From the IMG/VR virus record IMGVR_UViG_3300027977_000007: a stretch of 64,000 nucleotides of DNA, one strand, 5' to 3'. The notes beneath the pieces are model-generated. The model was not told where the DNA came from. It saw nothing but the letters and a program-made list of their open reading frames with translations, and made no database searches. The position numbers were made by a program, and so were the translations under genes. Positions 1 through 10,246 of the stretch are shown one piece after another (the stretch's first letter is position 1; the number at the start of each line of letters is the position of its first letter). This DNA is from a virus.

Positions 1-2
1 AG

Positions 3-443
3 GCTAAGGAAATTCTTAATAAAGATGGTGATTTAGATAAAGACAATATGACTATTGTTTATGATAGAGTTGACTCAAAAGACTTAACGCTAGAAGCTGT
101 TACTAACCAAATAATTAAAACCAAAATTACTACCGATAAATTTAAATTAATTAAAGGAGATGTTCAAGATACGATACCTAAATTTTTAGAGGAAAACTTA
201 GGCTTTAGAATATCTTTATTATATATTGACGTTGATTTAGATAGGCCCACATATTATTCATTAAAATACCTTTGGGATAGAATACTTCCTGGTGGTTATA
301 TACTTTTTGATGAGTATGAATACCATAAATTTAGCGAAAGTGCTGGTGTTGAGCGTTTCTTAAAAGAAATGGGTATTGAATACAACCTTAAATCAACTAA
401 CTGGGTCGCCCCAACAGCCTTTATGCTTAAGAAAGGATTCTAA
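3..443 (+). CDS. TylF/MycF/NovP-family O-methyltransferase (5' truncated by window)
   Basis: LLYIDVDL...ILPGGYILFDEY motifs; frame is open back to the window start. Confidence 0.75.
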   Translation, partial: AKEILNKDGDLDKDNMTIVYDRVDSKDLTLEAVTNQIIKTKITTDKFKLIKGDVQDTIPKFLEENLGFRISLLYIDVDLDRPTYYSLKYLWDRILPGGYILFDEYEYHKFSESAGVERFLKEMGIEYNLKSTNWVAPTAFMLKKGF

Positions 444-1102
444 TGGAGCAATTATTAATTTTAGCCAAACAAGTGTCAAAATACTGTGTTGGTATGGAAG
501 GCAATATTTCAATGAAAACTGAAGATGGTTTAATAATTAAAGCCAGTGGTTCTAAGTTAGCTAATTTAAGTTTAAACGACTTAGTTCATTATAATTTAAA
601 TGGTGTTCAAATCTCCAACTTAAGAAAGAAAGGTAGTATGGAGTTAAATTTTCACAAATATTTATTGAGTTTTAATGATATTAATTTTGTATCACATACA
701 CACCCAACAAACACTGTTAAAATTTTATCAACTGAGGTTTGTAACCTTTTCTCGTCAAATAGATTATTCCCAGACCAAGTAATTTTCAATGGTGCCAAAT
801 CATGTTTAGTACCGTATGCAAATCCAGGAAAAAACTTAACTAATTTGATTATGAAAGAAGTTGATTTATACATTAATACTGAAAATTGTTTCCCCAAACT
901 CATTTTACTTAAAAACCATGGTATTATTACTTGTGGTAAAACAATAGATGAATGTGTAATGTCAACCGATATTTGCGATAAAGCCGCTGAGATATTTATT
1001 GGAGCTAAGACACTAGGGGAGGTTAACTATTTAAGTAGTGATGCGATTAAAGAATTATTAGAAGATAATAATGAAAAATATAGACAAGATTTATTAAAAT
1101 GA
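443..1102 (+). CDS. Class II aldolase/adducin family protein
   Basis: EGNIS, IKASG, SMELNFH, HTHP, LLKNHG metal-binding motifs. Confidence 0.85.
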   Translation: MEQLLILAKQVSKYCVGMEGNISMKTEDGLIIKASGSKLANLSLNDLVHYNLNGVQISNLRKKGSMELNFHKYLLSFNDINFVSHTHPTNTVKILSTEVCNLFSSNRLFPDQVIFNGAKSCLVPYANPGKNLTNLIMKEVDLYINTENCFPKLILLKNHGIITCGKTIDECVMSTDICDKAAEIFIGAKTLGEVNYLSSDAIKELLEDNNEKYRQDLLK

Positions 1103-1392
1103 GGATAATATACGTTGATATAGATGAAACAATCTGTGAAACACCAGAACCAAGAAATTATAATAATGCAAAACCAATACAAGTTAATATTGATAAAATA
1201 AATAAATTATATGATGAAGGTCATACTATTGTTTATTGGACTGCTCGTGGTAGCCGAACACAAATTAACTGGTATGATTTAACTAAGAAACAATTAAATG
1301 AATGGGGTGCTAAGCATCATGAATTAAATGTTACTAAACCTTATTATGATTTATTTATTGATGATAAAACACTTAGAATAGAAGAAATATGA
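1099..1392 (+). CDS. Small HAD-family phosphatase (capsule-biosynthesis type)
   Basis: YVDIDETI, YWTARG, KP..DLFIDDK. Confidence 0.8.
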   Translation: MRIIYVDIDETICETPEPRNYNNAKPIQVNIDKINKLYDEGHTIVYWTARGSRTQINWYDLTKKQLNEWGAKHHELNVTKPYYDLFIDDKTLRIEEI

Positions 1393-1850
1393 AATTAATA
1401 TCACATAGAGGTAATATTATCGGCCCTAATCCGATTAGAGAAAATTCACCGTCATATATTGATACTGCAATATCTGCTGGATATGAGGTTGAAGTGGATA
1501 TAAATTTTACAAACGGTAAATTTTATCTAGGTCATGACACACCAGATTATGAAATTAGTGAAAGGTGGATTGCATCTCGTAAAGATAAATTATGGTTTCA
1601 TTGTAAAAATCTAGAAGCAGCCACTAAAATTAGTGTCTTAGGGGATGGCTATAAATTCTTTTGTCATACTTCAGACCCATTTGTTTTAACTAGTAATAAA
1701 TATGTTTGGGTCCATGATTTAAATATGAATTTATGTGATAGGTGTATAATACCTCTTCTTAATGCCAACGATATTAAAAACTATAATGGTAAAATAATTT
1801 ATGCTGTATGTACTGATTACATAACACTATTAAAATACAAATTAAAATAA
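1389..1850 (+). CDS. Glycerophosphodiester phosphodiesterase-like protein
   Basis: ISHRGN, VEVDI, LGHD, HCKN, VCTDY. Confidence 0.7.
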   Translation: MKLISHRGNIIGPNPIRENSPSYIDTAISAGYEVEVDINFTNGKFYLGHDTPDYEISERWIASRKDKLWFHCKNLEAATKISVLGDGYKFFCHTSDPFVLTSNKYVWVHDLNMNLCDRCIIPLLNANDIKNYNGKIIYAVCTDYITLLKYKLK

Positions 1851-1859
1851 AAAATAAAT

Positions 1860-2504
1860 ATGTTTAATAATACAAACCCAGAAACAAATGGAGAAAGAAG
1901 ATTCTTCAACTCAATTAAACAAAATTGTACATTGATATTCGATGTTGGTGCTAGTGATGATTCAATATTTCTTAATGATAAAATAGAGATTCATTATTTT
2001 GAACCTTTAAAACGTAATTTAGATAATTTAAAATTAAAAGAAAATAAAAATATAAACCCAAAATTTAATTATTTTGGGTTAAGTGATATAGAAGAAACTC
2101 TTAAATATTATGATAATCATGGTTCATTAATAAATAGGAGTGAAAAGTTTAGTAGAACACCTAGTTATTATTCTGGTATTGATGTCTTAGTGAAAAGAGC
2201 TGATGAATATGTGAATAATAATAACATTACTAAAATAAGTTTTCTTAAATTAGATGTTGAAGGATATGAATTAAAAGTATTAAAAGGTTTTGGTGATAAA
2301 TTAAAAATAGTAGACTATATTCAATTTGAATATGGTTCTGGAACAGCTGATGCTGATTGTACAATGCTTGAGTTAATTAATTATTTAAAAGGGTTTGGTT
2401 TTACTGATTTTTCGTATTTAAGTGACGATGGGTTAGTACCGATAAATGATTTTTCAGACCATTGGTCTTTTTGTAATATAATGTGTGTTAATTCAAAAAA
2501 ATAA
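1860..2504 (+). CDS. FkbM-family methyltransferase
   Basis: IFDVGA, FEP, FLKLDVEGYELKVLKG, IQFEY. Confidence 0.85.
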   Translation: MFNNTNPETNGERRFFNSIKQNCTLIFDVGASDDSIFLNDKIEIHYFEPLKRNLDNLKLKENKNINPKFNYFGLSDIEETLKYYDNHGSLINRSEKFSRTPSYYSGIDVLVKRADEYVNNNNITKISFLKLDVEGYELKVLKGFGDKLKIVDYIQFEYGSGTADADCTMLELINYLKGFGFTDFSYLSDDGLVPINDFSDHWSFCNIMCVNSKK

Positions 2505-3589
2505 TGATAATAGATAATATTATATTTAAAAGTCGATTAGATAAATATTTTAATGGTGAATTTAATTTACACTCAGAACCAATGTTGACATTGGTTCCAA
2601 ATATAACAATATATGATGACTATAAATCTAAAAGTGAGGTTAAGTCATTTAATGATGTTAAATTTAGAATTGAACCAGAAGGACCACAATCTTTTACAGT
2701 TCATCAAATAGGTGTTTGTGGTAATCAAATAATAAATATAACACATAAAATGTTGTCTTATTTCACATTAGTAAATAATAATTGGACATATGGGCATAAT
2801 GAAATAAATAAAATTTACAATAATATACAAAATTCATCTATATTTGAGATGGTTGATGAAGAAGTTTTTCAGTTTTTTGATTGTTTTCCATACGCACCAG
2901 TACATAATCTAGACGATACATACAACTTATTATATTCTTATGTAAAAAGTGGGTTGACATGTAAATTATTAGTCTTGAAAACAGATAATTATTATTATAA
3001 TCAAACTATTAATTCACTTAAAGAATATTTTAATCTTGAATATTTTTATTTAGAACCACATAAAAATTATAAATTTAAAAAATTTAACTGCGTTAGACAA
3101 TATCATTGGATTCAAAATGACGCATTAAGTTTTATACATGATAATTACATAAAAAAAATATGTAATAAAATAATAGATAAACCAACATATGATAATATAT
3201 GTTTAATAAAAACTGTTCACCCAACTAACACATCAACTGTTGATACCTTTAATATCACAAATAATTTTTCTAATATTTTAAAAGAAAAAAATATTTTTAA
3301 TTTAGATAATATTAGAGATGATTTAGAATATAAAATATATCTTGTAAATAATGCTAAAAATATTATAATATCGTATTTATCCCCATTCAATGTTAATATT
3401 CATAAACATTGTGTTAAAACAGATGATAAGAATTTTATAATATTAAACGGTGGTTACGGTGGTTCAATAATACCACATTTTACTAAATTATTAGATAACA
3501 AATATAATTTTTACGGTAGAGAAATTAACGGTGTTTTAATAGATAACAAAATATCCTTGGATGATTTGAATTCCTTTATAAATTTTTAA
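2504..3589 (+). CDS. Hypothetical protein, possibly glycosyltransferase-like
   Basis: 361-aa ORF coupled into the sugar operon; only a weak resemblance to GT61-type C-termini. Confidence 0.4.
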   Translation: MIIDNIIFKSRLDKYFNGEFNLHSEPMLTLVPNITIYDDYKSKSEVKSFNDVKFRIEPEGPQSFTVHQIGVCGNQIINITHKMLSYFTLVNNNWTYGHNEINKIYNNIQNSSIFEMVDEEVFQFFDCFPYAPVHNLDDTYNLLYSYVKSGLTCKLLVLKTDNYYYNQTINSLKEYFNLEYFYLEPHKNYKFKKFNCVRQYHWIQNDALSFIHDNYIKKICNKIIDKPTYDNICLIKTVHPTNTSTVDTFNITNNFSNILKEKNIFNLDNIRDDLEYKIYLVNNAKNIIISYLSPFNVNIHKHCVKTDDKNFIILNGGYGGSIIPHFTKLLDNKYNFYGREINGVLIDNKISLDDLNSFINF

Positions 3590-3591
3590 TA

Positions 3592-5157
3592 ATGAAAAAA
3601 CCACAATTAATAATTCCAATGTCTGGAATTGGTAAACGTTTTATAGATGCTGGGTACGATGTACCAAAGCCCTTAATTGAAGTTGATGGTATACCAATAA
3701 TAGAGCACGTTGTTAATCTATTCGATAGACCAGACGATGTAATTTTCATATGTAACGAAGTACACTTAATAGATACCAACATGATTGAGATACTTAAACG
3801 TATTTCACCTAATTGTAAAATATATCCAGTCCCAAATGCAAATAGACGTGGGCCAGTGGATGCTGTTACCCAGATTTTTGATAAAATAGATGATGATAAA
3901 GAAATTATTTTTAGCTATTGTGATTATGGTACCGAATGGGATTATAAAAAATTCCTAAAGGAAACTAGAGAAAATAATTCAGATGGCGCAATACCATGTT
4001 ACACTGGATTTCATCCGCATATGTTAGGTAATGATAATTATGCTTTTGTTAAGTGTGATGGTAATCGAGCGTTGGATATTCAAGAAAAGAAACCATTTAC
4101 AAACGATAAAATGAGTGAACGTGCGTCAAATGGTACTTACTACTTTAAAAATGGTAAAATTGTTAAAAAATACTTTAAAGAATTAATTGATAAAAATATT
4201 AATATTAATGGAGAATATTATATTAGTTTAGTTTATAAATTATTAATAAACGATAATAAACTAGTTACAACATTTTTAATAGATAAGATGTTACAATGGG
4301 GTACACCATATGATTTGGAAAACTATAATACATGGTTAGATTATTTCATAAGTGTTAAAAATGAACAACCAAAAATAGAAAATCCAGCAAATACAACACT
4401 TATACTACCAATGGCTGGTAAGGGTAGTAGGTTTAATGAAGATGGTTACGAACTACCTAAACCAATGTTAGATGTCATGGGTAAACCAATGATTATTCAA
4501 GCGGTTAATTGTTTGCCGAAGTCAGAAAAAAGTATTTTTATTTGTTTAGATGAACACATAAAAAAATTTAGTATTGATACCATACTAATCGATACCTACA
4601 AAAACACTAATATTGTCTCAATAAAAGAGACAACTGAAGGTCAAGCTTGTACATGTGATATAGGTATAAAAACACATAATGTTAACCTAGAAAATCCAAT
4701 AATGATTTCAGCCTGTGATAATGGTGTATATTATGATACTAAAGAATATTTAAAACTAATTGAAGATGACAGCATTGATGTAATTGTTTGGTCATTTAGA
4801 AATAATCAAGCTAGTAAAGTAAATCCAAATGCGTATGCTTGGTTAGATGTTGATGACGAAGGAATTATAAAACATGTATCGTGTAAGAATTTTATATATG
4901 ATAACCCATTAACTACCCACGCAATAATTGGTACTATGTTTTTTAGAAAGGGTAAATATTTTATTGATGGTTTTAACGCTAATCTAATGGAAAATGTTAG
5001 AACAAACGGTGAATTTTATGTTGATGATGTTTTAAACCAAAATATAAAAGCTGGTTTAAAAGTTAAAGTTTTTGAGGTAAAACACTACATTTGTTGGGGT
5101 ACACCTAATGACTATAAAACGTATAACTATTGGAATGAGCACTTTAATTTATTTTAA
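3592..5157 (+). CDS. Tandem double-domain sugar nucleotidyltransferase
   Basis: Two copies of IPM(S/A)GxGxRF..GY..PKP; each half ends in WGTP. Confidence 0.85.
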   Translation: MKKPQLIIPMSGIGKRFIDAGYDVPKPLIEVDGIPIIEHVVNLFDRPDDVIFICNEVHLIDTNMIEILKRISPNCKIYPVPNANRRGPVDAVTQIFDKIDDDKEIIFSYCDYGTEWDYKKFLKETRENNSDGAIPCYTGFHPHMLGNDNYAFVKCDGNRALDIQEKKPFTNDKMSERASNGTYYFKNGKIVKKYFKELIDKNININGEYYISLVYKLLINDNKLVTTFLIDKMLQWGTPYDLENYNTWLDYFISVKNEQPKIENPANTTLILPMAGKGSRFNEDGYELPKPMLDVMGKPMIIQAVNCLPKSEKSIFICLDEHIKKFSIDTILIDTYKNTNIVSIKETTEGQACTCDIGIKTHNVNLENPIMISACDNGVYYDTKEYLKLIEDDSIDVIVWSFRNNQASKVNPNAYAWLDVDDEGIIKHVSCKNFIYDNPLTTHAIIGTMFFRKGKYFIDGFNANLMENVRTNGEFYVDDVLNQNIKAGLKVKVFEVKHYICWGTPNDYKTYNYWNEHFNLF

Positions 5158-5229
5158 AATTAAAAAACTATTAACAAACTAGACTCATGACTATTATAAA
5201 ATAATGCGATATTTATTATTAAACAATTT

Positions 5230-6075
5230 ATGCAAAAAAAACCAGTCGCTAGGCGTACTACATCAACCACTGAAACACCTAAAAGAACTAGGACCAAAGT
5301 AAGTACTGATAAAAATGTGGATATTATATCATTGATAAAGTTAGATATCAAGCATAAAAACGAAACACAAAAAAAGCTCTCCTTATCGATTAAAGAAAAT
5401 GATGTTACCGTATGTACAGGTTCCGCTGGTACTGGTAAGACATACATCAGCGTTTTTGAAGCATTATTATTATTAAAAAACAACTCAGACACGTATCGTG
5501 AAATAAAGTTGGTCAAATCAATAACACAATTAAAGAATGAAGACATCGGTACACTACCAGGTGATGCGGTAGAAAAAATGAAATTCCATATGATGTCTTA
5601 CCTTGATGCATTTTATAAGCTAATAGGTGAAGAATTAACCACCAAGCTTATCGATGCTGGGTACATTAAATTTGAGGTATTTGGGGCCATTAGAGGTAGG
5701 TCATTTAGCAATGCGATAATTCTAGTAGATGAGTTCCAAAACATAAGCCATGATAACGCTAAGACGTTCCTAACTAGGTTTGGTGATAATACCAAGATTA
5801 TCATATTAGGTGATAGCGGTCAAATAGATATTCGAAATAAGAACGAAAGCTCATTAGAGCGATTATCTAAAAGGGTTCAACTTAAACCCATTGATGGTGT
5901 TGGTGTTGTAGAATTTAGCGATGCCGATATAGTTAGACATAGATTAACTAGTTATTTTATTGATATATTTGATGAGTCGGATAACGTTAAACCAATCAAC
6001 AAGCCAAAGGTAGAAAATACCCCAAAATCAAATAAAGATTCTTTTTTTGTTCGTGGCTTAGATTTTTTTAGATAA
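5230..6075 (+). CDS. phoH: PhoH-like ATPase
   Basis: GSAGTGKT, GTLPGD, IRGRSF, VDEFQN, LGDSGQID. Confidence 0.92.
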   Translation: MQKKPVARRTTSTTETPKRTRTKVSTDKNVDIISLIKLDIKHKNETQKKLSLSIKENDVTVCTGSAGTGKTYISVFEALLLLKNNSDTYREIKLVKSITQLKNEDIGTLPGDAVEKMKFHMMSYLDAFYKLIGEELTTKLIDAGYIKFEVFGAIRGRSFSNAIILVDEFQNISHDNAKTFLTRFGDNTKIIILGDSGQIDIRNKNESSLERLSKRVQLKPIDGVGVVEFSDADIVRHRLTSYFIDIFDESDNVKPINKPKVENTPKSNKDSFFVRGLDFFR

Positions 6076-6124
6076 AATACAATCTTTTACTTTACTTATC
6101 ATATTCCTTTATTAAGTTTGGAAT

Positions 6125-6733
6125 ATGAAAATAAATATATCACTAAATGAGGTATTAAGGGACTTTATCAGTCAATTTATTTATACCTATGATAAGTATA
6201 TAAGTCAAATTGATATTAAAGCAAACGATGTAACTAGTTTTGACTTATTAGATACTTTTAAATTTGAGTCTATTGATAGACTAAATAGCTTCCTATATCT
6301 AGAGGCACCATTAGAAATTTTTGGTCATGCTGACCAAACATATAATGGATTAATGAATGAGTTCAATCAATTTTTAATGGATATAGAAGACGATGGTGAC
6401 CATCAAATATCATTGGTCAGTCGTGAAGTTAATAAAGCCATTCCAGCAACATTATTTTTCTTGTCTAAGACTGGTTGCCGTGCATCAAATATTTCATTTG
6501 TTAAAAAACATGAAGATGAATGGAATTATACTGATGTATTAATTACGGCCAACCCAAAAAGCCTAGCAGCTAAGCCAGATGGTAAGATAAGTGTTAAGGT
6601 TAAAACACCGTATAACACTGATGCTAATGCTGACTACGAGATAGAATCAATCTTAGATTTTATCAATGATGAAGAACTTAGGGATAAAATCCTAACAAAA
6701 ATAATAACAACAACTTACGAAGAAATTAACTAA
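6125..6733 (+). CDS. Degenerate HAD/5'-nucleotidase-like protein
   Basis: N-terminal INISLNEVLRD resembles HAD motif I without the Asp residues; C-terminal TPYN. Confidence 0.45.
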   Translation: MKINISLNEVLRDFISQFIYTYDKYISQIDIKANDVTSFDLLDTFKFESIDRLNSFLYLEAPLEIFGHADQTYNGLMNEFNQFLMDIEDDGDHQISLVSREVNKAIPATLFFLSKTGCRASNISFVKKHEDEWNYTDVLITANPKSLAAKPDGKISVKVKTPYNTDANADYEIESILDFINDEELRDKILTKIITTTYEEIN

Positions 6734-6734
6734 T

Positions 6735-7094
6735 ATGATAGATTTCGGTGGAATTATCTACTATCTTGATTTAGATGAATTATCTAAATTTACAACGATT
6801 AACCCAAACGGTGAAGAATACCGTGTTACAACTAAGACCAAAACAAAACACTATAATGGTGGTGATGTTCATTATTATGATGTAATTGAAACCAAAACCC
6901 CAAAGGTTACAGAAGTAGATATAACAAAATATGAGTTTATACGGATGATGATTGAGACCTTATTAGATGGGATTTATGAAGAAGAAGAAACTGACCTAGG
7001 TGCAGATAGGGCTTTATCAAAAAAACCACTAGCTTATCAATTAGCATTTAATACCCTATACCATTATAATATTTTAAAAGAAAAAGAACTTTAA
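6735..7094 (+). CDS. Hypothetical protein
   Basis: 119-aa ORF in operon. Confidence 0.7.
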   Translation: MIDFGGIIYYLDLDELSKFTTINPNGEEYRVTTKTKTKHYNGGDVHYYDVIETKTPKVTEVDITKYEFIRMMIETLLDGIYEEEETDLGADRALSKKPLAYQLAFNTLYHYNILKEKEL

Positions 7095-7098
7095 TACA

Positions 7099-8262
7099 AT
7101 GCAATCAAACAAAAAACAATTTGAAGACCAATTACAACAAGGTAAAAATGTAATTGAAAAACTAGGTAATAAGGATTTTACAATCTATTACTTTACCTTA
7201 GATACAAAGGGTAATCCAACAGCTGGTATTGCTAATATTTATGAACATGTAAAAATGTTAAACGAATTAGGTTATAAGGCTGTGATTTTGCATGAGAAAA
7301 ATGACTACAAGTTAGTCGGTGACGAAAATAGTTATGGTATTAAAGAATGGTTGGGTGAGGAATACGCTATGCTACCTCACGCATCAATCGAAAAACAAGA
7401 ACTTAATATTGGCCCAGCTGATATTATTGTTATACCAGAAATCTTTGCTAATATCATGGACCAGATTAAAGCCTTCCCATGTAAGAAAGTGGTTTTATCA
7501 CAAAGCTACAATTATTTGTTGGAATTATTACCACTGGGTAAAAGATGGAATGTGGACTACGGTTTCTATGACGTTATTACAACAAGTGTAAAGCAAGCTA
7601 GATACCTAACTACACTATTCCCATCAATTAGGACACATATCGTACCTGTGTCGATTGCAGACTACTTTAAACCTAATGTCAAGCCTAAGCAACCTATCGT
7701 ATCAATTCTATCTAGAAACCAAAATGATGCGGCTAAGATTGTTAAGGCATTTTACTTAGAATATCCAATTTACAAATGGGTTACATTTAAAGAACTTAGA
7801 GGCTTACCTAAAAAACAATTTGCTGAGCAATTAAGCAAATCTTGTCTAGCGGTATGGGTTGATGACGAAGCTGGCTTCGGCACATTCCCATTGGAAGCAA
7901 TGGAATCAAATACACCAGTAATCGGTAAGATACCTAATATGGTTCCAGAATGGATGGAAGGAACTGACGGTGATGGTCAACCAGTTATCAAAAATAATGG
8001 CGTTTGGACCAACACAACAATTAATCTTCCAGAATTAATTGCAACTTATATGAAGCTATGGTTTGAGGATTCAATTCCTAGTGACCTACTTAATAGTATA
8101 GAAAGCTCTAAGGGTCAATACACTACTGAGATGCAAAAAGAAAAGCTTGCGTTGGTTTACCAAACACTAGTTGATAATAGAGTATCAGAAATGACTCAAA
8201 TTGTGGATAGCTTAGCATCACAATTGGTAGAAATTGCTGAAGAAACAACAAAAAATGCATAA
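7099..8262 (+). CDS. GT-B fold (GT4-like) glycosyltransferase
   Basis: GIANIYEH, IVIPE, AGFGTFPLEAM..TPVIG. Confidence 0.75.
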   Translation: MQSNKKQFEDQLQQGKNVIEKLGNKDFTIYYFTLDTKGNPTAGIANIYEHVKMLNELGYKAVILHEKNDYKLVGDENSYGIKEWLGEEYAMLPHASIEKQELNIGPADIIVIPEIFANIMDQIKAFPCKKVVLSQSYNYLLELLPLGKRWNVDYGFYDVITTSVKQARYLTTLFPSIRTHIVPVSIADYFKPNVKPKQPIVSILSRNQNDAAKIVKAFYLEYPIYKWVTFKELRGLPKKQFAEQLSKSCLAVWVDDEAGFGTFPLEAMESNTPVIGKIPNMVPEWMEGTDGDGQPVIKNNGVWTNTTINLPELIATYMKLWFEDSIPSDLLNSIESSKGQYTTEMQKEKLALVYQTLVDNRVSEMTQIVDSLASQLVEIAEETTKNA

Positions 8263-8286
8263 AAATAATACAATAAAATATACAAA

Positions 8287-9078
8287 ATGTCTAATATATC
8301 AATAATAATTCCAGTTCACGAATTGGATGAAACAACAAAGGTAACATTAACAAATGCAATTACTAGCGTTAAAGAGCAAGTAGTAAGACCATCAGAACTA
8401 ATTATTGTAGTTCCGAAGGGAAGTGATGCAGCATCATATATTAAAGATTATGACTTTGGCGATTTAGCTACATCAGTAGTAATTGCTGAAAATGAAGGTG
8501 CTACAGATTTTGCAACACAATTTAATTATGGTGTTAAGGTAGCTAAATCAGAATGGGTTAGTCTATTGGAATATGATGATGAATTAGCTAAGATATGGCT
8601 TAAGAATGTTGTGGAATATCGTACAGCATATCCAGATGTTGCCATCTTTATGCCAATCGTTGTAGACGTGGACCAAAACAATCAATTTAACGGCTTTACA
8701 AACGAAGCTGTATGGGCGCAAAACTTTTCAGATGAGTTAGGTATCTTAGATAATAACGCTTTGTTAATGTACCAAAACTTTAACGTTGATGGATTTGTAA
8801 TGAAAAAATCAACATATGAAGAATTTGGCGGTTTCAAAAGCAATATACCGCTAACATTCATTTATGAATTCTTGCTTCGTATGACGTTCTTATCTCTTAA
8901 GACAATGGTTATACCTAAATTTGGTTACAAACATGTTAACTTAAGACCTAATTCATTATTTTCTAATTATAAAAATACTCTATCTCCATTAGATGCAAAA
9001 TGGTGGTTGGCTCAAGCTAAAAAAGAATATTTCTTTGTTAAAGATAGAGTGATAACAAAAGTACAAGAAACTGTATAA
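8287..9078 (+). CDS. GT2-family glycosyltransferase
   Basis: ISIIIPVH, EWVSLLEYDD, FGGF. Confidence 0.8.
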   Translation: MSNISIIIPVHELDETTKVTLTNAITSVKEQVVRPSELIIVVPKGSDAASYIKDYDFGDLATSVVIAENEGATDFATQFNYGVKVAKSEWVSLLEYDDELAKIWLKNVVEYRTAYPDVAIFMPIVVDVDQNNQFNGFTNEAVWAQNFSDELGILDNNALLMYQNFNVDGFVMKKSTYEEFGGFKSNIPLTFIYEFLLRMTFLSLKTMVIPKFGYKHVNLRPNSLFSNYKNTLSPLDAKWWLAQAKKEYFFVKDRVITKVQETV

Positions 9079-9803
9079 TGATTAAAAGAGGACGCAAAAG
9101 AAAAAATGACATGTATTTTGGTCCAGAAGAAGAAGAAGCAGTTATTAGATTTTTAGAATCAACAAACGAAACAGAAAGGAATCAGATTTTTAATAAATGG
9201 CTTAAAGGGCCATTTGATAAAATGGTCGAATCAATAATTAGAAAGTACAAGTTATATAGAAAGGATATTAGTTTTGAGGAATTACATAGTGATACCGTTT
9301 CTTTTCTAGCAACAAAGGTACATAAGTTCGAAAGTGGTCGGGGTAAAAAAGCTTATTCGTATTTTGGTACAATTTGTAAGCGTTATATTATAGGTTTATT
9401 AATCAAGGATGATAAATACCTAAAACATACCGCATCGTATGATGATATTTCAGAAGATTTAGCAGAACGTAGTGAACTAACCTATGTTATTGATACTGAC
9501 CATTTTTTAATGGATGAATTCATTAAAAAAGTTGTCGTTGGCATTCAAGAAGAACTTGAGAATGAAAATTTACCAGCTAAGAAAAGACTTAATGAAAATG
9601 AACGTAAGGTTGGTCATGCATTAATTGAAATATTAGAACATTGGGAAATAATATTTGATGGTGAAGATAGCGGTTCTAAATATAATAAGAACTCAGTATT
9701 GGAAACGATGCGTAACTATACCAACCTATCAACAAAGGATATTAGGATAGCTATGAAGCGATATAAACAACTCTATGACCTGTTAAAGAATCATATTTTA
9801 TAG
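9078..9803 (+). CDS. gp55: Phage late sigma factor, T4 gp55-like
   Basis: Sigma region-2-like segment KVHKFESGRGKKAYSYFGTICKRY; lies just ahead of the late genes. Confidence 0.65.
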   Translation: MIKRGRKRKNDMYFGPEEEEAVIRFLESTNETERNQIFNKWLKGPFDKMVESIIRKYKLYRKDISFEELHSDTVSFLATKVHKFESGRGKKAYSYFGTICKRYIIGLLIKDDKYLKHTASYDDISEDLAERSELTYVIDTDHFLMDEFIKKVVVGIQEELENENLPAKKRLNENERKVGHALIEILEHWEIIFDGEDSGSKYNKNSVLETMRNYTNLSTKDIRIAMKRYKQLYDLLKNHIL

Positions 9804-9828
9804 ATTCCAAATAAAACGTAGGTTTAAG

Positions 9829-9836
9829 ATATTTAT
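9829..9836 (+). promoter_or_regulatory. Putative late promoter ATATTTAT (representative of ~19 copies)
   Basis: Same sense-strand octamer upstream of ORFs at 5209, 13311, 15085, 39456, 46885, 50982, 57357 (+) and 16760, 21728/21762, 22561, 23903, 27837, 34448, 42713, 45136, 45881, 46278, 47785 (-). Confidence 0.7.
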
Positions 9837-9851
9837 AATAAAGACAAATCG

Positions 9852-10244
9852 ATGCCACGTAAACAAAAACAAGATATAAAAATCAATAGTGATGATTCAC
9901 TATCTGGTTTAATGCAAGAAACATACAATGATGCTTGCTTGCAAATAAACGATGCTCAACGCACGATAAATGAATTAACGGTAAGCGCAATAGCTACAGA
10001 TATTGATGACCTGACAAAGGTTGCCAAAGAAAAGGCTGGCCTATTAAAGGTTAAGGATTCTGCGATACGAATAAAATTAGAAATCGCAAAATTACAAAGC
10101 GATATAATTAAAAATCGTGGTGATGTGGATTCAGTTATATCTGAACGAAATCAAGGTGCACCTTCACTTTCTGACTTTAATTCCTTAAGGGAAATGTTAA
10201 AGAAGGGTAAAGAAAATAATGACGATTCTTTTGATATGGATTAA
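9852..10244 (+). CDS. Hypothetical coiled-coil late protein
   Basis: 130-aa helical ORF behind the late motif. Confidence 0.65.
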   Translation: MPRKQKQDIKINSDDSLSGLMQETYNDACLQINDAQRTINELTVSAIATDIDDLTKVAKEKAGLLKVKDSAIRIKLEIAKLQSDIIKNRGDVDSVISERNQGAPSLSDFNSLREMLKKGKENNDDSFDMD

Positions 10245-10246
10245 TA

